A stretch of 32,000 bases of DNA, from positions 6,073 through 38,072 of the forward strand of contig MTSL01000167.1 of the NCBI GenBank assembly GCA_002794465.1, in the 5' to 3' direction. The position numbers were made by a program, and so were the translations under genes. The notes beneath the pieces were generated by a model. The model did not search any database. It was not told the origin of the DNA and saw nothing but the letters and a program-made list of their open reading frames with translations. This stretch comes from Paramicrosporidium saccamoebae KSL3 (lineage: Eukaryota; Fungi; Cryptomycota). Of the stretch, positions 21,096 through 28,649 are shown one piece after another. The first letter of the stretch is position 1. Each line of letters opens with the position of its first letter.

Positions 21096-21453
21096 CTATT
21101 GTCTGTCCTCTAAACGGGAACATATTTTAGAAATTCTTTGCAGGAGATCATCAACCGTCAATCGCGCGGTGCTATAGGTTACGGTCTGGTTGTCCCCTAG
21201 AATTGAGTGCATAATGTGATATACTGAAAGTAACAGCCGCACTGGGCTCTGAACCGTAAGCACTAATAGTTGTAGAAATATGCACACTGGGATTATTGTC
21301 GGAGAACTTTGTGGTCTGGATTCGATTCAGAAGCATACTACAGTGTCACAAGTTGAGTGGAAAGATGTACCGGGCGGAGGAGCTGTCGGCAGAGACAGAC
21401 GGAAAGGCAAGCTTGATAGCCTTGATATTCCGCAAAACCAATTCGCGGCGCAT
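21096..21453 (-). CDS. Probable mitochondrial ribosomal protein mL53 (yeast Mrpl44 family, thioredoxin-like fold), 98 aa; introns 21338-21370, 21197-21224
   Basis: Three exons (83+113+101 nt) give MRRELVLRNIKAIKLAFPSVSADSSSARMLLNRIQTTKFSDNNPSVHISTTISAYGSEPSAAVTFRDNQTVTYSTARLTVDDLLQRISKICSRLEDRQ*. The pattern AR..L..I......NP.V.I......P...V.F.D....L...D+...I fits mL53 or the related L51/S25/CI-B8 fold. Confidence 0.7.
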
Positions 21454-21584
21454 CGGTTACGAGTAAATCAGTTTATTTGTCCAGTCAGAAGACCCCATTC
21501 TCGGAATCTGCCCTGCTATCGCTATCGTTATCGTTATTTACTAACTCTGACATGTAAAACTAAACTCTAAGGGCCTCTTTCCTA

Positions 21585-23212
21585 TCATAAAAGGCCCTTG
21601 AACACGACAATCTCGTCGTCGCTGACGTCAACAGGCGGACTTGTATGCTCTCCTGGATCTTGATGTTCTTTTCCTGGGCTTGCATGTTCTTTTCCTGAGC
21701 TTGCATGTTCTCCTACTGGACTTGCATGTCCTTCTACTGGGTTTGCATGCTCTCCTACTGGACTTGCATGCTCCCCTACTGGACTTGAATGCTTCTCTAC
21801 TGGACTTGCGTGCTCCGCTAAATGTTGCTGTTCCTCTGCTGAAATTACGCGTTCTACTGGATTTTGATGCTCCTCCACTGGACTTGCATGATCTATTAGG
21901 AGACTTGACTCGGCGAATTGACTAAATCCAAGTTCAGGGACCATGTTATCACGAGCGAGTAATTCAGAGAGAAATTCTGATCCTTCGGATGGCAAGGACT
22001 CTAGTATCGGCTCAAAAATGTCAAATCCCTGTAGTTGCTCCATCATTTCCATAGATTTGCTGCTTAGTATTAATTTTCTATGCTCCCCAAGCCACCGAAC
22101 AACTTGTTCGCACTGTGACGTATCTGTCAGCCTCCAAACAGCAACCATGGCTGCGATACAAAAGAGACGATCGTCGTTGGTCCCTTGATGAACGGATGCT
22201 TTCGAATCTGTTTGTACAAAGACGTTCAGAAACCTTCCCAGACACTGCCTGAAAGAGCCGCCAAAGTCACCAGTGATCCTGGCGGCGGCTCCCAAAATCA
22301 TCAAAATGGACGCAAACTCAAAAGAAGACATTTTCAGCACCCTCTTCCTCATCCATGTCTCAATCTCCAAAGTGTCAATTGTCAAAGTGTCTTTAGACAA
22401 GGCATCGTTGATAAACCGCATAAATGGCTTCCACACAGAGACCTCATTTACAGCCTCAGTATCTTTCAGAATCACCTTTTCCAAATAGGCCTTCAGGTTG
22501 GTCCTCGAAGCTGTAAACGGAAGCGCACAGCATTCGGCCCGCAAGTACCAAAGAACTGTCATCAACACATCCTGCAGCATACTGCAAATAACGGCAATTT
22601 GATTACAGGCGTGGCCATGATCGGGATTCATCTCCCGTGCCGCCACATAGATGCGCCAGGAGAGCTGATACGAATCTTCCTGAAAGTATTTGTTAAATTG
22701 GCTGCGATATCGGGCCAAATCCCCACAAAAGATAAGCAGCCGATAAATGACCGCATTGAGGCCAGGTGTAAAAGTGTCTGTTGGTCTGGCGGGTGGTAGA
22801 CCGAGCAACTTGAAAATCTCATCGAGGATGGCCACGTTTCCAAGAGAGACTAGCTCATGGAGAAGCGTGGCAATAAAGGCAATGCCCGAATCGATAATTC
22901 GATTGAGCTCACAAAATGCCCAGCGTCCCTGCGGAGACTTTGAGTCACGGACACGACGGCGGTAGTAGTCTACTGGCTGGTGGAAACAGTGCCTCCAGAG
23001 CATCGAATCGACATTTTCTGTATGCGAGTCACCTGGATATTCCAGAATGCACTCCCGATATCGCAGCTGAAGACTACAAGTTCAGAACGCATCCACAAGT
23101 ACTCATATCGTTGCCGCGTCACTTTGACATCCTCCATCCCATCGGTCCTAATGACATCCTCTAGCCTATCCTCCAATTCTTTTATTTGAGCCAACTTTAG
23201 CCCAAATTCCAT
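21585..23212 (-). CDS. EST1/SMG5-7/Ebs1-family protein (14-3-3-like TPR domain, no PIN domain seen); intron 23074-23102
   Basis: RY|DLQLRYRECILEYP...VDSMLWRHCFHQPV; LLIFCGDLARYR; Y.AA..M.PD.G.ACNQIAVI; WYLRA....PFTASRTNL; C-terminal DEIVVFKG. Confidence 0.85.
21633..21893 (-). repeat. About 11 copies of a 21-nt coding repeat (EHASPVG-like heptad) in the EST1/SMG-like C-terminal tail
   Basis: Plus-strand units such as tgcatgttctcctactggact. Nine units lie at 21633-21815 and two at 21852-21893. Confidence 0.9.
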
Positions 23213-23229
23213 TACGACACAGCCCCGGA

Positions 23230-25302
23230 TCAGGAGTCTTTATTCTTAAGCAGCGAATCAAGTGGGACCAGTGCCCCCAATGCCCTTCGTTCCAATTTCG
23301 TCAGGTATTGCTGGCCGACCAGATAACTTGCATTCATCCAGGCAAACCCCTCGCGCGGCACTTTTTTAAATTCAGTCCCAACATTCCCATACTCGGCATC
23401 CACTTTGTGTGACATCTGGACAACATTGAACTTTTCAGGAACCACGCCATTAAAGTCCACAAAGGCGCAGGTGATCATGTACAGCCAGCGATAAACAAGT
23501 CGACGGGCATCGTCAGAGTATCCGTAGTTTACGAGACCCTCCCAAGCAAGTATCTGATGTGGCACCCATCCGGTTGGGTAGTCCCACTGTCTGTTAGGCC
23601 GGTCTAGAGATACAGCACCCAAAGACTCCTTAGTCCCACTAACAATTCCGCCCGACACTTCAAACCTGCAAAGGGCCTTGGTTACTAGCAAGTTGGCCTG
23701 GTGCGTAGACGCCATCTGCGACCATAGCGCCCAGAACATGGTTGCGGATTCATAGGTTGTCTGGCTTTGACTAACAATATTATAGTCAAAGTACATTCCC
23801 TTTTCCTCGTTCCACAAATACTTATCAGCCAATTCCCTCCTGCAATCAGCCTTTGCAGCCCAATCGCAGCTTAGATGTTCCTTACCATCAACACGGAGAC
23901 ATCCTCCGCAAGACTGCTCAATGTAATTGGCAATGTCACGTTCATACTTGTACAGCAAGGAACATAGATCTATTGTCAGCAGGTTTGCGGCACAATTATC
24001 CAGGCGATAGGTTGTATCGTGGCCAGACTCTCGTACTGACCGATCATGGCAAAAATATTCGTCCAACTCGGGTTCGTCGATAGTTTGCTCATTGTACATT
24101 TTGATAAATGTGGAAATGTCACATCCATACTTCTCGGCAAAAGGCTTCAGGTGGCTATCAAAATGTGATGCTTCGGTTTCGGGGGGCACGCCTTGCCCTT
24201 TACTGTAATATCTGCTCAAGCCAATCTCCTCTACCAATCTTGGCGCCGACATCCAAACTTGTTCGTATTCTTTGATAGCGGCCGCCATTACTCCCCTCAG
24301 CCACTCATCAGCGTTGGCTGGCTCTTCTTTTTCGCCTTCCGCACATTTTGTACTCTTTAACTTTTGGTAGACCCTGAGACCCATATCTGTAAGAAATGGT
24401 GGCTGTGATCTAAGCAGGTAGTAGCTTCGATTGGCATTTAAAATTTTGCCATAATGGTTAATCTGATAAACAAAATTATCCACCATTGATTTTGCAATAT
24501 GCACAGCATTTGCGCTGGGGTCAACGAGTAAACCAAGTGCAGCAAAGTAAGAGTCCCATCCATACATTTCATTAAATCGTCCCCCAGGAACAATAAATGG
24601 TTTTCCGACAATATCAGAGTGGTCATTTCGCTCAAGGTCAAGGGATAGGATGCCGGGCCTATCGTTGATGCTGCATACGTATTCGGGGGTGATGAGGGCA
24701 GGCAATCTGATCACTTCCAAATCCAGATAAACTCTTGTTTTTGAAACCTGCTCAAAGTAGTCAAAAGCAAAGTCATCTCCGTTCGGCACGTAGACTCTCG
24801 GCCGTTTATTTGCGCTGCGATTCTTAGGATCCATGCAAATAACCGTCAGCCCGTCAGCATCCACCCTCCTAACCAGCGCCGGCCAAAAGTACTGGCTAAT
24901 CATACGATTTAGTCTGTCCACTGGATTTTCTTTTAGTTGACTTTCCGAAATGACCGCATGTGACCTCAACACCAGCGGCTCTGGACCTTCCGTTGGTAGA
25001 CCCTCCAACAGCGCCAGTTCCTGTAATAGCGATGAAATCATGTAATTTCCCTTGACACTACGACGAGCATAAGAGGACTGGGTAGTAGGTAGGGTCATAT
25101 GCTTGGGCCCAGTGTCGTGGATGGTGACGCGTTCATCGCCGTCAGTGTCCTCCTGACGCAGGAGACGAGCCTTGGTCCGATGCACATCTACAAGAAAGAT
25201 ATTGGGACGGGTATGGCCTTCGGAGATAGAGTTGCGGCGATGGGGAAGGGGACTAGAACTCCGACTGTCGTCGTCGTCCTCCAATATGTACCGCAATGAC
25301 AT
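23230..25302 (-). CDS. NTH1: Neutral trehalase (GH37) with N-terminal regulatory region
   Basis: RRNS PKA-type site; DTDGDERVTIHD Ca-binding-like motif; PGGRFNEMYGWDSY; NANRSYYLLRSQPP; RESGHDTTYR; RQWDYPTGW.PHQ; PEKFNV; YGNVG; EGFAWMNASY. Confidence 0.97.
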   Translation of the reverse strand: MSLRYILEDDDDSRSSSPLPHRRNSISEGHTRPNIFLVDVHRTKARLLRQEDTDGDERVTIHDTGPKHMTLPTTQSSYARRSVKGNYMISSLLQELALLEGLPTEGPEPLVLRSHAVISESQLKENPVDRLNRMISQYFWPALVRRVDADGLTVICMDPKNRSANKRPRVYVPNGDDFAFDYFEQVSKTRVYLDLEVIRLPALITPEYVCSINDRPGILSLDLERNDHSDIVGKPFIVPGGRFNEMYGWDSYFAALGLLVDPSANAVHIAKSMVDNFVYQINHYGKILNANRSYYLLRSQPPFLTDMGLRVYQKLKSTKCAEGEKEEPANADEWLRGVMAAAIKEYEQVWMSAPRLVEEIGLSRYYSKGQGVPPETEASHFDSHLKPFAEKYGCDISTFIKMYNEQTIDEPELDEYFCHDRSVRESGHDTTYRLDNCAANLLTIDLCSLLYKYERDIANYIEQSCGGCLRVDGKEHLSCDWAAKADCRRELADKYLWNEEKGMYFDYNIVSQSQTTYESATMFWALWSQMASTHQANLLVTKALCRFEVSGGIVSGTKESLGAVSLDRPNRQWDYPTGWVPHQILAWEGLVNYGYSDDARRLVYRWLYMITCAFVDFNGVVPEKFNVVQMSHKVDAEYGNVGTEFKKVPREGFAWMNASYLVGQQYLTKLERRALGALVPLDSLLKNKDS

Positions 25303-25415
25303 GTGTTAATAGCGGGATACAAATAATTACTTTATCCATGTGGGAAAATAATTTAGTATAAGCAAGTGTAACGGCTTGTTAGCCAGAATCCTGTGGGAAC
25401 AGATGTTGCCAGCCA

Positions 25416-26599
25416 TTAACGGGTGAAACCCGTGGCAGGCTTCGGGATCGGCAATCTACGTTCTGGGTCATAATTACGCTCATCCTCGCTGTCGTCGTTG
25501 ATGATAGTCTTTCGACTTGGTGTTCTACTAATCTTTTTTTGGAAAAACGACTCGACATCGTCTGTCCACTTGATTCGGTAGTTTGCAAAGTCGCTGGCTG
25601 TCTGTCCGTCAGTTTCAGTGCTATGTTGGGGTTCGTGGCTGTTGTTTTGCCAGCTGAACGGATTGTATCCCTACATGGTCAGATAAGACCTGCGCACAGT
25701 ACAGATCCATTGTAGAGACTCATAAAGGATGGGGGATTGGCAGATTGGCCCTACACATGAGGTACGCTTACAATGCCTTGCCTTTGGCTTGATAAATTCG
25801 TCGTGTAAATTCCACCACATTTGGACATACTCCAAATGCACCTTGGTTCCGTCTCCACGTGCAGCAACCTGGCCATCAGAGAACCTGCTGAAATGCCATG
25901 GCTTTGTGGATCCAATAAAATGCACCGCCCGCACTTCATTCTTGTTACGTTCAAAGGCCGGCAGGTAGCTGTAGCAGGCATTAAAAGTCAAATTGTATGT
26001 AAAGGGGATCCGACGGGATGACGATCCGGTGGCCCAGTCCGAAAAGTAGCTGTTAAGTAAGCCTTGGTCCCCACCTACAAAAATAAGGATATTGCACTGA
26101 TTTTACCATCAAAACTTCCCTGTGTCTGAGCGAGCTTCCATAGGCCATTGAAGGTATCCAAATTGGGCTTGCATACAAATAGACCGGAATTGAAGCAGTC
26201 CGGCCATCCCACATCCGCGCACGCCGAAAACTCTTCCCTTTCAAACAAATCATCGATATTCTTCAAAACCATCATGTCGGCATCCAGAAACACCGCCTTC
26301 TTCAAGTCTGTCAATGTCCACAACTGAATCTTTGTGAACGTCTGTCCGAGCTCCGGCCGACCCAGCAGACGCAAACTATGCTCGTCCCCAGAGTCTAACG
26401 GAGCAACAAACCGCACGTCGTAGAGCTCCCGAAGGCTGGCTACACAGTCGGCAGCTAGATGAGAGGTTGCCAGACAAACTAACGGACGAGTGGTGCCAGA
26501 GCGGCGGAGAGATTGTGCGAGGACGAGGGCACCGACGACGTACGCATCACTGGTCACCAGCGTGACATATGCCTCACCTTCGGTTGTGGTGTTTGTCAT
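25416..26599 (-). CDS. GLG1: Glycogenin (GT8); introns 26075-26106, candidate GC-AG 25751-25781, 25671-25702; last two exons less certain
   Basis: EAYVTL...D.Y..GALVL..SLR; RPELG.TFTKI.LWTLT..KKAVFLDAD; ..DVGWPDCFNSGLFV..P; SFDG|GDQGLLN.YF; IPFTYN; YSYLPAF (autoglucosylation Tyr context); HFIG..KPW. Confidence 0.95.
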
Positions 26600-27103
26600 G
26601 TGGGATGGGGAATAAGGTTCCGAGTCACTGTAACGGACTTGCAAACCAAAGATGGTCTAATTAAAGAGGAAATACTAATGCCCGCTCATAACAAGACCCT
26701 CTTCCAAATATGGAATATTGCACTTCAAAGTCATCAATCAATGGCAATGGGGGTGGTGATAACCGGCGAGTCTATGCTTATAGTAAAGACTCATTATCTC
26801 TTTTTCGTAGATATTATCCCTGCTCCATCGAGGTGTTATCGCTGTCCCATAGAGACATTATCTCACAATAGATCCTGTTAAATAGTATCCGCTTATGATT
26901 GGTAATCCCGATATTAATGCTATCCCACAATTCGCCGCATTAGTCTATATAGGCGCCTTTAATGAGAAATACTCGCTTATCAACGAGACCTTTATTTCGG
27001 TCCCGCATTCTATGGTTCAAAGGGCTGTATTTTCTCTCAGAAATCTCTTTATTCTGGGTCCGTTTATATGATATACTCTCCCCCGACAGTCAATTACTTC
27101 AAA

Positions 27104-28327
27104 CTATTGGCGTAGTTGGATCCTGAAATATTCTTGCAGTCTATTTGCACGCACACTGACTTTTTGGTCCCATTCTTTACGCCGCTCGCCGTCACGACGC
27201 TGATCTATGATGTATTTGCGTTCTGCTGCTGGCTGCATCATTCCAGCCGCGAGATAGTGATCTGACATTCTTGAGATGAGGGCCTGGTGTTCACTTCGTC
27301 GCGAGGGCCGCTCGTCCCGCTCTACGGGCAAGTTTTGCTTGTAATATTTTCTGTAAGCCCGGTTTCCAAGTCGTTTCCCGGAGGGTAGAATGAGTTCAGT
27401 CTCGTCAGGTGAAATCACCAGGGCACTCTCAAACTCTCCTTCGTCATCAACGTCGACAAACTCATCATCGCCGTCGTCGCTGAGAATCTCTTCATAATTG
27501 TAAAAATCTGCCAGTTCTTGCATTCCTTCGTCATCAAAGCGGATTTTCAAGTGCCCCTTGTCCAGCATATGCCTACGGACTGATTCGATGCTAGTGAAAG
27601 GCTGCACTGAGGCGTTGCAGTATAGACAGCAAAATGCAACAGAAACCTTGTCAGCCAAATATGAAATCATTCCAGGCAAGTCTTCCACAAACTCCAAATC
27701 TGGAACGTACAGACCATGGTCCTTTACCATATGTTCCATGTTGTCGTTGAATGACTCGAAACTGTGGTTACAAAAAATACACTCTTCTGGCTTCAGCCTA
27801 CGTGCCATACTAAGCTTAGACTCTAGAGCTTCGCGTATCTGTTCTTCAGTAGCATCTTGATCGAGGTAGCTGTCTTTGTTTAACTCTGGATTTGCTTTGG
27901 CCTTGGGCTTGATAACCAACTTGGGCTCGCCCAGACCAACAGTCTCATTTTCCAAATGTTTCTTGGACTTTAGATGATTTGCATAAGAATTTTCTGACGC
28001 AAAGGATTTTCGACAGGCCTGACACTCCATTTTCAAGCCTTCAGGCTTGGGAGCCTTTTCATCAGGGTTCAAAAACGCGTATAGTCGCTGGCCAAAAATA
28101 GCCTCTGTCACAGGTGGGAGCTCAGAAACTTTTCGACGCAGGTTGTAGCGATGCCAATCAGACTGGTAGTGTGTCCTCTGTGCATCTCCACTCTCAAAGA
28201 TGGCGTGGCAGCTCGCACAAGTGAAAGCCGGCCTTCCAGTAGTGAAACTTTGCTTTAGGTCTACTAAGGTCATCCAAGAAACTCCACACCCCGGCCCATA
28301 AGGAGTAAACAATGTAGTTGAAGGCAT
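27104..28327 (-). CDS. REI1: Pre-60S factor Rei1/Reh1/ZNF622 (C2H2 zinc fingers); start uncertain (28366, 28327 or 28273)
   Basis: FTCASC...QRTHYQSDWHRYNLRRKV; CQACRKSF.SEN.Y.NHLKSKKH; CIFC..HMVKDHGLYVPD.EF..DL.G...YL..KV; CLYC...HMLDKGH; ELILPSGKRLGNR.Y..YYKQ; YFRIQ. Confidence 0.95.
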   Translation of the reverse strand: MPSTTLFTPYGPGCGVSWMTLVDLKQSFTTGRPAFTCASCHAIFESGDAQRTHYQSDWHRYNLRRKVSELPPVTEAIFGQRLYAFLNPDEKAPKPEGLKMECQACRKSFASENSYANHLKSKKHLENETVGLGEPKLVIKPKAKANPELNKDSYLDQDATEEQIREALESKLSMARRLKPEECIFCNHSFESFNDNMEHMVKDHGLYVPDLEFVEDLPGMISYLADKVSVAFCCLYCNASVQPFTSIESVRRHMLDKGHLKIRFDDEGMQELADFYNYEEILSDDGDDEFVDVDDEGEFESALVISPDETELILPSGKRLGNRAYRKYYKQNLPVERDERPSRRSEHQALISRMSDHYLAAGMMQPAAERKYIIDQRRDGERRKEWDQKVSVRANRLQEYFRIQLRQ

Positions 28328-28649
28328 ACGTAGAAAATAGCCCGAGTGTAAGAGGCCAGAGACCATGCTACCTTTATATTCGCGTTTAACGAATGCTAAC
28401 CTCTTTGTAGAGCACGATCAGATGAAGGAATTCGCCCATCAATGCATGTTACCCCATAAAGACCGGCTCTCGCTCAGAGTATTCAATAGTGCGTCCCTGT
28501 GGGTAGATAGAAGAGTCCACACGTCACACCTTTACCCGGGTCCTTGATCCACATGATAACTCGTACATAATGCATCAACGCTTTTGACAGCTAATGGGGA
28601 TACTAGTTGACCTTGTACTTCCAAAAAGATTAAAGCAAATAACTTGTAA

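Noticed and set aside
26678-26730. HNKTLFQIW resembling the UDP-GlcNAc pyrophosphorylase KSLFQIQ motif
   Set aside because: The similarity does not extend to any other family motif.
26700-26895. Minus-strand similarity to U3 snoRNA (actatttaacaggatc; gccattgattgatga)
   Set aside because: No box B (GAGCGTGA-like) or terminal box D (CTGA) at suitable positions, so the match is too weak without an Rfam scan.
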